Of a stretch of DNA of 64,000 nt, positions 1 to 8,442 are shown piece after piece. The DNA lies in assembly GCA_964469405.1 (NCBI GenBank), contig CAYXYP010000005.1, forward strand, positions 54 to 64,053. The letters run 5' to 3'. How positions within the stretch are numbered: position 1 is the first letter of the stretch; each line of letters starts with the position of its first letter. Position numbers and translations under genes: made by a program. Origin of the DNA: an uncultured Candidatus Saccharibacteria bacterium (GTDB lineage: Bacteria > Patescibacteriota > Minisyncoccia > Phycocordibacterales > Phycocordibacteraceae). Below the pieces are notes generated by a model. The model had not been told where the DNA came from, ran no database searches, and saw only the letters and a program-made list of their open reading frames with translations.

Positions 1-2359
1 CGATGGTTCCTGTTATCGCGCTTTGCTTGTTGTTGAAGGTTGTCCAATCAGCTGCTGAGAGAAGACCCGTGAGAGTGGCAGATGCGTTTTGGAAGAGTGA
101 TGACGTAGCGATGACGGTTGGAACACCTGCTGCCCCAGTGCCGTTTGCCCAGAGTGAGTTAGCAGCAATGGAAGCGAATGAGATGGATGAGTTGGTACCA
201 CCGATTTGATATCCGAGGGTGCCTGAACTGGTGAGGCCCGTGCCAACCGCGAGTGTTGAAGTCGCAACGGATGCAACAGTGTTCACCCCGGTTGCGTAGA
301 GGAGGTTAGCTCCAGCAGCGAGTGGTGATGATGTTGAAAGACCACCGAACGTGATGTTAGGTGTGGTACCGCCACTTGAAATGATTGGCCAAGTGCCGGT
401 GACCGAGGAGACACCACCGAGTCCAGCAGCTGAGAGACAGGAACCATTGATGGCGAAACAGCCGGTGCGGATGTTGAGTCCTGAGCCGAAGGTTGAAGTT
501 GCGGTCGTGCTGAGGTTGATGGTGTTTGCACCCGTGTCGCCAAGTGAGAGGAGTGAGCCAGGAGTAGTGGAGCCGATGCCGACAAAGCCGCTCGATGCAA
601 GGAAGAGTGACGACGTTGCGGTGATGGTGTTGACGCCGCTGAAGTATGGGAACTGACCGATGGTTCCTGAGTAGAGAGAGGAAGTGGCGACAGTGAAGGC
701 ACCTGATGCACCACCGACAAATGAACCAAGCGTGCCGGAGTATGCAAGGCCGAGGCCGAGAGTTGGTGTTGTGGTGGCAACGTTTGCAAATGTGTTAGCA
801 CCACTGAAGTATGGAATGTTGCCGATGACGGCTGCGGTTGATGTAGAGAGACCACCGAAAGTGAGGTTCGGGGTTGAACCGCCTGAAGAAATGATTGGCC
901 AGGTGCCGGTGACCGCTGTGACGCCGCCTGATGAAGTTGATGTGGCGATTATCTTACCTAAAGCATCTACGGCGAGAATTGTTCCTGTTGGTGTGCCAAG
1001 TTTAGGGAGATAGAGGTCGCCGAGAGTGCCCCCTGCTTCCGAGGCTCCTACAACTACATCACCGCCAATAGATAAAAGTTTATAAGGAGTCGTAGTGCCG
1101 ATACCAAGATTGGTTCCATCGAACGTTAAGTTCGAGCTATTGGCAAACCCTGAACCGTCAAAATACTCGACGCCACCGGCCACACCGCCAGTAGTAGTGC
1201 CCGTACCTCCATTTGCGATCGGGAGTGCTGAGCCACTATATGAGACAGCGAACGTACCCGCTGATGTGATAGGAGATCCTGAGATAGAAAGGAAAGCTGG
1301 AACCGACAGTCCAACCGAGCTCACTCCGGAACTACCGCCGCTAATAATAACGGCCCCGCCTCCAGTAGCAGAAATAATTGGGTGCTGTGGTGTCCCCGTA
1401 ATAGAAATGTTCGAACCAGCAGTAATTGAGTTCAGAATGTTTGATGCGAACACACGGCCAGACCCGACATTGATATCGGTATTATTAGTGTCGATACCTC
1501 CCAGTGTCTGCAGGCGGCCACTAAGCACCGAAGATCCCAGGACTCGCGATGCGCCATTGACCGTCACCGATCCTGCATTGATATCAGTATTGTTAGTTTC
1601 GATGCCTCCAAATGTCTGTAAGCGGCCACCGAGTATCGAAGACCCTGAGACTCGCAACGCGCCATTAACCGTAGCCGAAGTATTGATACTGAGAAGAGCC
1701 GTACTTAATGCGTTCTGCGTATTGTTGATTTTGTTTACGAAAGGCAAACCTGCGTTCGTTGTGCTCGTTGCGAGAACTAATTTTGAGCCCGTGCTCAAAG
1801 GCGAGGAAGTCGCAGTTGAGTTGACTAATAAGCCTGTTCGAACAAAGAGCGATGTGAATGCGGTCTTTACACCGTCGATAACAGACGTAGAAGCATTTAT
1901 AAAAACATTCGATGCATCCGAGAGAATACTTGCGGCACTTTGTGTTGATGCGCTCGCTAAAACCTGAGTAGGATTCAGAACAAACTGCGTTGCGCTACTA
2001 ATCGCACCAAAGTTCAATGAAACGCTGGAGATAACAACGAGGGCACCCAGAGTCGCCGCTATTCTGCCAAACGTTAAAAAAGACGTTCGAACATACACGC
2101 TCTGGCTAGAGCGTGTACCTTGATACTCTATCTTGCCATTTTTTGATAACTTCTCATTCCAATTTTTGTTTTTATTCTCCTGTTGATCAATAAACTTCTT
2201 GAGCGAAAGTTCATCCGCGTACCAAGAATTTCCAATTTTTTGTCCTTCAACTTTTCCAAAACGACAGAGTCTCGAAATATAGTCATTCGTATACCCTGTC
2301 CGTCGAGAAAGTTCCTTTGCGGAAATCAACTGATGATTCAAAATAATTTTGTTTTTCAT
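1..2359 (-). CDS. Giant surface protein (5' part only, continues past left edge): N-terminal excisionase-like HTH, one TM helix, long Ser/Thr/Gly-rich repetitive extracellular region
   Basis: Not in the ORF track, consistent with no stop inside the window. Translated by hand from ATG 2359 (alternative ATG 2386): MKNKIILNHQLISAKELSRRTGYTNDYISRLCRFGKVEGQKIGNSWYADELSLKKF..., TM GRIAATLGALVVISSVSLNFGAI, then LPIANGGTG, GGVTAVTGTWPIISSGG, GIGTTTP and GLLSAADWTTFNNKQ, all in one frame. Antisense + ORFs 3..209, 351..656, 684..1013 and 1095..1967 are its shadow. Confidence 0.9.
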   Translation of the reverse strand, partial: MKNKIILNHQLISAKELSRRTGYTNDYISRLCRFGKVEGQKIGNSWYADELSLKKFIDQQENKNKNWNEKLSKNGKIEYQGTRSSQSVYVRTSFLTFGRIAATLGALVVISSVSLNFGAISSATQFVLNPTQVLASASTQSAASILSDASNVFINASTSVIDGVKTAFTSLFVRTGLLVNSTATSSPLSTGSKLVLATSTTNAGLPFVNKINNTQNALSTALLSINTSATVNGALRVSGSSILGGRLQTFGGIETNNTDINAGSVTVNGASRVLGSSVLSGRLQTLGGIDTNNTDINVGSGRVFASNILNSITAGSNISITGTPQHPIISATGGGAVIISGGSSGVSSVGLSVPAFLSISGSPITSAGTFAVSYSGSALPIANGGTGTTTGGVAGGVEYFDGSGFANSSNLTFDGTNLGIGTTTPYKLLSIGGDVVVGASEAGGTLGDLYLPKLGTPTGTILAVDALGKIIATSTSSGGVTAVTGTWPIISSGGSTPNLTFGGLSTSTAAVIGNIPYFSGANTFANVATTTPTLGLGLAYSGTLGSFVGGASGAFTVATSSLYSGTIGQFPYFSGVNTITATSSLFLASSGFVGIGSTTPGSLLSLGDTGANTINLSTTATSTFGSGLNIRTGCFAINGSCLSAAGLGGVSSVTGTWPIISSGGTTPNITFGGLSTSSPLAAGANLLYATGVNTVASVATSTLAVGTGLTSSGTLGYQIGGTNSSISFASIAANSLWANGTGAAGVPTVIATSSLFQNASATLTGLLSAADWTTFNNKQSAITGTI
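330..930 (-). repeat. Internal coding repeat of the giant protein, period ~510 nt (170 aa)
   Basis: atgattggcca(a/g)gtgccggtgacc at 381 and 891, encoding GGV(SS/TA)VTGTWPIISSGG(T/S)TPN(I/L)TFGGLSTS in both copies. Confidence 0.8.
1468..1680 (-). repeat. Tandem 108-nt (36-aa) coding duplication in the giant protein
   Basis: cattgatatc at 1468 and 1576; units TVNGALRVSGSSILGGRLQTFGGIETNNTDINAGS and TVNGASRVLGSSVLSGRLQTLGGIDTNNTDINVGS. Confidence 0.85.
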
Positions 2360-2432
2360 GAGTGTCCGAAGAAACGAATTGCCCATATAATATCAGCACT
2401 TTCTTGTTCGTTTGAACAAAATAGAAATAATT

Positions 2433-2441
2433 TGTGGATAA
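2433..2441. promoter_or_regulatory. Perfect DnaA-box 9-mer upstream of the giant protein gene
   Basis: TGTGGATAA, the reverse complement of TTATCCACA; function not demonstrable from sequence. Confidence 0.4.
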
Positions 2442-3233
2442 GAATAAATCAACACATAATTTCATGTTGGATAGCAATAATTCCCATTTATTTTTTAGTA
2501 TATTTTTATGGCTTTTAAAGCATGTTAAGCATCGAATTCAAGTTGCTTCGTTACTTATTGGAGACTACAGAGGTATTTACTCGTAATTCGACCATTTATA
2601 TATATTTAATACTGGTTATTACCCTCTTTGACTGATTTAATTTATTTTGTGAATGATATTCTAATTTTTTATAATTGATTGTTAATAAGCCATATCTTGT
2701 CTCGTTTATCTCGTCTATCCGAGATAATTAATCCATTGCCTGGGCGATTTATTTATTGCTATTCCTTGATTCGTTTATCATTTATCCTGCTTTGCTGTTG
2801 AAATTGAGTTATTTAAGGGCACTATAGACGGCACGGACAAAGTTCTTAGAGCCGCTGCCCGCTACACACTCGACCGCTTGAATAGACCTTTTATTGATGG
2901 ACGCAGTTCTTCAAGAGGTGGTACCAGGTTTCTTAGTTTGGATTATTTAGTCTTTTGGGTTTCCTCAGTGCATATGTCACTCCTACACTCAAAGGTATGG
3001 ACGGTGGGTAATACATGGCATGCCTGTTGCAGAGCAGAGCAGAAGGAGTATTCAAAGCAAATCAAGAACAGGTTTGTCCAGATGGAACTGATCAACAGTT
3101 ACGAAAATTATCACGTCTCCTAATTTTATCTGCATCATCTATTTTTTAAATCTGCCTTCGTAGACGAAGTAACCATATTTCATGTGTCGCTTTAGCAACA
3201 AAAAAATATCTCATCTATCGAAATTACAAGAAA

Positions 3234-3497
3234 TTAGATATCGCTATATATCTCTACTTTATTATTTTTAACACTAAGTACGGCAGTCTTGTATATAAAT
3301 GTATGGTCTTCTTTCTTTTTTGCCCTTATGACGATTGGTTCATTTTTGATCATGGTTACAAAATTGGCATGTCCCGGAAGAATATCGAATTTACCCGCAC
3401 TATTTGCTGATGACACGCTGTGCGCGACCCCTTCCCAGATACGCTCCTCTGCATTACTAATCGTTACCGGAAACTCCTCTTCCTGCGATTGCTTCAT
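3234..3497 (-). CDS. atpC: F1-ATPase epsilon-like subunit, beta-sandwich domain only
   Basis: 87 aa; GKFDILPGHANFVT matches the epsilon G.lGILPgHap motif; no C-terminal helical hairpin; ATGA overlap with beta. Confidence 0.85.
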   Translation of the reverse strand: MKQSQEEEFPVTISNAEERIWEGVAHSVSSANSAGKFDILPGHANFVTMIKNEPIVIRAKKKEDHTFIYKTAVLSVKNNKVEIYSDI

Positions 3498-4903
3498 GCC
3501 AGTACGCTAGGCTTACCTACCTCAAGATCTTTTGTCGTTCCGATATACATAAATTTTTCAGGCGGAACTGCGTCGAACTTCCCTTCCAATATCGCCTCGA
3601 CATCAGATACCACATCTGCGCGACTCACACATACACCCGGAAGTCCCGTCTGCTCTTCAGCAGTGACGGTTAATTGCGTCATATAGTTTCTGAGTCGCAT
3701 CGCTCGCTCGTATATGAGCCGATCTTGCGCCGACAGCTCACTTTCTCCGATGACGGTAACGATGCGGGCGAGCCGTTCGTATTGCGTGAGCGCCCCTATG
3801 GCTGCGGTAACAGCCTTGAAATGCTGCTCGGTGATGAAGGTGCGGTCGAGCGCCAGTGATTTTGACTTGAGAATATCGATCGCCGGATAGCGACCTTCTT
3901 GACTCAAATCTCGTGAGAGCACCACAATGGCTTCGAAATATGGGGTGGCTGCAGCAACTGATGGATCGGTTAGCTCATCGGCAGGAACATACACAGTTTG
4001 TATCGAGGTAATAGAATTTTTATCAGTGCTCACCAGACGGTTTTCGAACTGAGCAATTTGTGTTTGAAGCGTTGACTGATAGCCGAACTCAGACGGAATT
4101 TCTTCAAGCAATGTTGAGAGTTCGTTTCCCGCCTGAACGAATCTGAATATATTGTCGACGAAAAACAAAACATTGGTCTTTTCTTCGTCGCGGAAATACT
4201 CCGCAAGTGTCACGGCTGCCGCACCTACCTTGAAACGGATTGCCGCATTTTCATTGATATGAGCAACGATGAGTGCCGACTTGGCAAGCTCGCCAGTCTT
4301 TTGTAGCAATTCCCAGAGTTCAAATCCTTCACGAATGCGTTCGCCGATACCGGTAAAAATCGTGACATTCTTATGATCCTTGTTGAGATTTCGAATCATC
4401 TCTGTCAGGAGCGCTGTTTTCCCGACACCTGCGCCTCCTACGAGCCCAAGTCGTCCGCCCTCGATAAGAGGAGCAAAGAAGTCGATAATCTTAATCCCGG
4501 TCTCAAGTAGTTTCCGCTCCTTTTTCGATTTCAGTGCTGCGGTGCGCGCGATTGGGTTAATGGGCCGAGAGTCGGTGTACTCAAGCATCTCGCCTCCATC
4601 AACGGGCAGTCCGTACAAATTAATAGCGCGTCCAAGTACACATTTCCCAATGGGGATGGAGAGCGTCGTGCCCTCGGACACGATACGCATATTCCGAGCC
4701 ACATCTTCTTTTGATGAAAGGAGAAGACAGTAGAGCAAGTCCCTGCTTGAATAGGAGTGGACCTCGAGCTGCACACCCTCCACCCCTTCTGCAGAAAGAA
4801 GCTCCAGAAGCGCAGGACGATACTCGCTCTCGCAGTGCACAAGGACTATTTGCCCTTGTACTCCGTAAACGCGCCCAACAAATTGTTTCGTTATTTTTTC
4901 CAT
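3494..4903 (-). CDS. atpD: F1-ATPase beta-like catalytic subunit (divergent)
   Basis: ETGIKIIDFFAP, Walker A GGAGVGKT, GIGERIREG (catalytic Glu), LFFVDNIFRFVQAGNE, YVPADELTDP, GRYPA; DELSEED appears as SELSAQD. Confidence 0.95.
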   Translation of the reverse strand: MEKITKQFVGRVYGVQGQIVLVHCESEYRPALLELLSAEGVEGVQLEVHSYSSRDLLYCLLLSSKEDVARNMRIVSEGTTLSIPIGKCVLGRAINLYGLPVDGGEMLEYTDSRPINPIARTAALKSKKERKLLETGIKIIDFFAPLIEGGRLGLVGGAGVGKTALLTEMIRNLNKDHKNVTIFTGIGERIREGFELWELLQKTGELAKSALIVAHINENAAIRFKVGAAAVTLAEYFRDEEKTNVLFFVDNIFRFVQAGNELSTLLEEIPSEFGYQSTLQTQIAQFENRLVSTDKNSITSIQTVYVPADELTDPSVAAATPYFEAIVVLSRDLSQEGRYPAIDILKSKSLALDRTFITEQHFKAVTAAIGALTQYERLARIVTVIGESELSAQDRLIYERAMRLRNYMTQLTVTAEEQTGLPGVCVSRADVVSDVEAILEGKFDAVPPEKFMYIGTTKDLEVGKPSVLA

Positions 4904-5739
4904 TTTGAAATAGCAGAGAAAGATTCGAGTAAGCGAAGATCGTTGAAGTTTGCAGCCTTTCTACGAATCGCCCGGCGCAAACGAGCAATTTCGTCCTTTG
5001 AACGATCTTGAGCTTTGTTCATAGGAATCAACCGAGCTGCCGTGCGAGAGAGCTCTGACTCAAGCATGACTCGCTTGAAGAGCAGGTATCGGACTTTCGT
5101 TTCAAAGAAATTTAGAATCTTTGGGAGTTCCGGCTCGAAAATGTAATCGAATGCTGGTGTCACTTCATGCGCTGTCTCGGCATGCGGCGTATACGTAATA
5201 TCTTGCAAAACTACTTTTTGACTGAACACATTACGAAATGACGGGTAGAATATCTGCACTTGATTGTATGCAACCACACTCTTCAGGAATTGCCGCCTCT
5301 CTTCTCCGTTCGGTTCATCTTCTTTAAATGCGTAGTATGAGCAACGTTTCGCCAAATCAGGAATATTCCCCATAAGGGTCTTCCCTGTCCTGCCTATGAC
5401 AATGTAGTCGGACTTAACACCACTTTTCATATGCTCAGTAAAAGCCTCTATCACTTCTGCATTGACCGCTCCATAGAACCGTATATTCGACGTGAAGGCT
5501 ACCGTCACAGCTTGAGTCACGTCCACTGATTTTTGTGACAACTCGCCACGATCAAATGCCGTCTGTTTAATAGATTGATAGAGACTTGCGATGTCCTCAT
5601 AAAAAGCTTTATTCTTTTCGAAGGCGACACGCAATCGGCTTATTTTTTCGGCACTCACGTCAAACAGCGCCGAGGCGACGAATCCGATCGTCTCGAGATC
5701 ATTCAATTCATTCTGACGTGTTCCTAGGGCGCTTGACAT
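4891..5739 (-). CDS. atpG: F1-ATPase gamma-like subunit (divergent)
   Basis: 282 aa between alpha and beta; FTSNIRFYGAVN (cf. TSDRGLCGafN), IVIGRTG, YIFEPE, ESELSRTAARLIPMNKA (cf. ASEqAARMxAM). Confidence 0.9.
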   Translation of the reverse strand: MSSALGTRQNELNDLETIGFVASALFDVSAEKISRLRVAFEKNKAFYEDIASLYQSIKQTAFDRGELSQKSVDVTQAVTVAFTSNIRFYGAVNAEVIEAFTEHMKSGVKSDYIVIGRTGKTLMGNIPDLAKRCSYYAFKEDEPNGEERRQFLKSVVAYNQVQIFYPSFRNVFSQKVVLQDITYTPHAETAHEVTPAFDYIFEPELPKILNFFETKVRYLLFKRVMLESELSRTAARLIPMNKAQDRSKDEIARLRRAIRRKAANFNDLRLLESFSAISKWKK

Positions 5740-7193
5740 AATGTTTGTAGATGCGGCACGACACCTTCCAATTTCTTTTGGAACTGCTCGAACGATATGT
5801 TGCCGCGGCGAGCACTGCTCGCCACTGATTCAAGCTCGGTATCTTTTGAATTAGAAATAGCGGCAACGAGTCTATCTCGATTGTGCGAGACAAAAGCAAC
5901 ATCTTTCCCATCGAACATGGTAGTAAAGACCAGCGTCAGTAGCACAATCTGCACCTCGATGGACAAGGCAATTACTGGTTCTTGATCGAGAAGAACTCGC
6001 ACTGATTGTCCACGGGCAATAGTGCGTTGCGTCTGTTCTGAAAGCTGTGTTCCGAATTGACCATAACCTCGTTGGCGTTCGTATTGTGCGATGAGCGTAC
6101 TAATATTAATCGAAAGTTGTTTTGCAAGTATGCTCTGGGTACTGTGACCGATACGAGTCACCGACTGCTCAGGCGCCACGGCAGGGAAAACACCTTCCGC
6201 ATGGAAAAGTGGTGAGAAGAAAAGATGCCCGTCGGTCGCTGATACCAGATTGGTGGAGACTAGATTGGTAAGATCCTCAATGTCCGTTTCGAGCACTGGC
6301 AAGATGGTAATACTCCCGCCACCGATACTTTCATTAAAACGCCCCCCTCGCTCAAGCAAACGAGCCTGCTGATAAAACATGTCGCCTGGATACGATTCGC
6401 GACCCGGTACTTTCCCAGACAAGAGAGCGATCTCGCGGAAATATTTTGCATGACTTCCTAGATCGTCGAGCACCAGAAGCACGTCCTTCCCTTTTGAAGA
6501 AAAAGATTCTGCAAGCTCGAGCGCAACTATAGGTGTCAGATACACCATAGGAGCGGGGTCATCGGAAAATGAGACCAGTATAATGACATCATTGTTCCCT
6601 TGCTCACCGAGAAGGTTCCCCATCGCATCTTCGACATACGCGACCGGCCGTCCTATTAACGCATAGATGCAGACAACTCCAGATCCTTTCTGGTGGGAAA
6701 AAGCGCTTTCAATAAACTTCCTCTTCCCACTGGAAAGCGGACCAACGATGAGCTGTCGCTGACCTTTGGCAATAGGAATTAAAATATCAATCGCGGATAT
6801 ACCAGTCAAAAGAGGTGCGGTCATTGGTGCGCGAGCATTCATGTGGGGCGCATCGACCTCCATACGCAATAAGGTGTTATTGAGAGGGAAACTACCCAAG
6901 CCATCAAGTGGTTCCCCGAGGACGTTTATAGTGCGTCCGAAGAGGTGTTCCCCAAACGAGAACTGGATTCCCCTCGGATCTATAACAAACTGATCTCCGG
7001 CTCTCGGATTGCCCCGACCGAGCAGATACGCCTCGACACTATCCTCTCGGAATGCCGTGACGAGTGCCCGCTGCCCTTTTGCATTGATGATAACGGTATT
7101 CACCCGAGCCGACGGTAATCCCTCAAGCGTAAGAAGGTACCCCTTCGCCTTGATGACGAATCCAATTTCTCCTTCGATGATGCGCTTCTCCAT
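5724..7193 (-). CDS. atpA: F1-ATPase alpha-like subunit with degenerate P-loop
   Basis: TGISAIDILIPIAKGQRQLIVG, DDLGSHAKYFREIALL, PGRESYPGDMFY, RLLER, GSITILPVLET, TDGHLF, SVTRIG; Walker A reads GPLSSGKR. Confidence 0.93.
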   Translation of the reverse strand: MEKRIIEGEIGFVIKAKGYLLTLEGLPSARVNTVIINAKGQRALVTAFREDSVEAYLLGRGNPRAGDQFVIDPRGIQFSFGEHLFGRTINVLGEPLDGLGSFPLNNTLLRMEVDAPHMNARAPMTAPLLTGISAIDILIPIAKGQRQLIVGPLSSGKRKFIESAFSHQKGSGVVCIYALIGRPVAYVEDAMGNLLGEQGNNDVIILVSFSDDPAPMVYLTPIVALELAESFSSKGKDVLLVLDDLGSHAKYFREIALLSGKVPGRESYPGDMFYQQARLLERGGRFNESIGGGSITILPVLETDIEDLTNLVSTNLVSATDGHLFFSPLFHAEGVFPAVAPEQSVTRIGHSTQSILAKQLSINISTLIAQYERQRGYGQFGTQLSEQTQRTIARGQSVRVLLDQEPVIALSIEVQIVLLTLVFTTMFDGKDVAFVSHNRDRLVAAISNSKDTELESVASSARRGNISFEQFQKKLEGVVPHLQTLCQAP

Positions 7194-7196
7194 ACG

Positions 7197-7721
7197 TTAG
7201 GGTTTCGGCATGCTTTGAGTAAACCTATCGTATAAAGCGATCTGATTTTTAATAAGATAGTGGTTGAAGCTGAAGTCGCGAAGCATATTGTTCCACACCA
7301 ACCGACAACCGACCGCGATTGATGGATCGACGTCGAAGTCAATGAGAATATCGGGGCTAACTTCCTGATGTGCCCACGTACCAATAGCCTCTACGTCTGC
7401 ACGAGAAAGTGCGACCGGGACCGTCAGTGACAGAGTTTTCAGTTTTTTTGATTCCTCCGTGAGCTGATTGAGCATTTCGTACAAAGATTCTTTTGTGAAA
7501 GATTCGAGGAACGATGGAGGCAACGAGCGCAGGAAAACGACATCGCCGAGTGGTTTTTTATTTAATGCGACAAATTGATCTATCCCTTCTTTACTCGCGG
7601 ATGCATCACGTTTCGTGAAGAAAATAAATTCAAAAAATTCCCTCATGAGACTTATGTCGTGCGCGAAGTCCGCCCGAGTATAGGTGTGTTCCATAAAAGT
7701 CTTCAGGGACGGATTTGTCAT
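7197..7721 (-). CDS. atpH: F1 delta/OSCP-like subunit (divergent)
   Basis: 174 aa directly upstream of alpha; C-terminal DFDVDPSIAVGCRLVWNNMLRDFSF resembles OSCP VDPsliGG...g..viDgS. Confidence 0.7.
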   Translation of the reverse strand: MTNPSLKTFMEHTYTRADFAHDISLMREFFEFIFFTKRDASASKEGIDQFVALNKKPLGDVVFLRSLPPSFLESFTKESLYEMLNQLTEESKKLKTLSLTVPVALSRADVEAIGTWAHQEVSPDILIDFDVDPSIAVGCRLVWNNMLRDFSFNHYLIKNQIALYDRFTQSMPKP

Positions 7722-8422
7722 GATGGTGTCCCGAACACTCCCTCTCGCTTCGCTTCTGCGAGTGCTGCGAGGATAATGCCGCGATGATCGTCAAGCGAAA
7801 GTGATTTGTTTAACGCAATACGTGCAGTATCCTCAACAAGTCCGACAATTTCCTTATTAAGAATTACGAAACGTTGTTGTTTGTAGACGGTAACGGCCTG
7901 TCGGGCAAGGTCGATTTCTTTCGATAGCTCGTCAGACATGCGTTTTTTAATTTCTTCCATTAACCCCTGGTACTCTTTTTGAGCCTGCATGCTGACACCG
8001 GAGAACATTTTTTTAATACTCTCTGATTCGTCTTGTAACGCTTTTTCGGCAAACTGAACCTGTTTGATCAAAAGATCTTTTGTGTGCTGAGCGATTTCCT
8101 CTAAATGTTCGGCTTGTACGACGCGAAATTTCTCATCTTCTTCTATACGGTCCGTAAATATTTTCCCCGCTTCCATTTGCGCGTGCATTCTAATAGCAAT
8201 CCCCTGCTCTCGAGCATCGACAAGAATATGATCCGCCTTCTCTTGCACCGCCTTCACTGTGGAGTTAGATGCGGAAGAGGTCGCGAGGTAGCGTATTCGG
8301 GTCCCAAACTGAATGACTACCGCAATCAGCACCAAGAGCATCAGAATCACGAGCACCAAGAGCAGCATGGGGAGCAACGGATCGGAAAGAATGTCGGACC
8401 ATAACGATAAGATGATATTCAT
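7718..8422 (-). CDS. Peripheral-stalk subunit b-like protein (N-terminal TM plus long coiled coil)
   Basis: Hydrophobic LLPMLLLVLVILMLLVLIAVVIQF followed by a charged heptad-rich helix (KADHILVDAREQG...); occupies the atpF position; ATGA-coupled to delta. Confidence 0.65.
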   Translation of the reverse strand: MNIILSLWSDILSDPLLPMLLLVLVILMLLVLIAVVIQFGTRIRYLATSSASNSTVKAVQEKADHILVDAREQGIAIRMHAQMEAGKIFTDRIEEDEKFRVVQAEHLEEIAQHTKDLLIKQVQFAEKALQDESESIKKMFSGVSMQAQKEYQGLMEEIKKRMSDELSKEIDLARQAVTVYKQQRFVILNKEIVGLVEDTARIALNKSLSLDDHRGIILAALAEAKREGVFGTPS

Positions 8423-8442
8423 GTGATGTATTTTAAATATCG

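Noticed and set aside
330-1680. Direct repeats as a CRISPR array or diversity-generating retroelement TR/VR pair
   Set aside because: The repeats are in-frame coding duplications with mainly synonymous, not adenine-specific, differences; no spacers, cas genes or reverse transcriptase
3-1967. Plus-strand ORFs 3..209, 351..656, 684..1013 and 1095..1967, and minus-strand ORFs 13..276 and 283..855
   Set aside because: Val/Pro-rich antisense or off-frame shadows of the real minus-strand giant protein gene
2183-3123. ORFs 2183..2518, 2283..2477 and 2878..3123
   Set aside because: They overlap the giant gene start or lie in AT-rich non-coding sequence with no recognisable motifs
3234-8422. ATPase genes as decaying pseudogenes
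   Set aside because: All frames are intact and tightly coupled, and catalytic motifs are preserved
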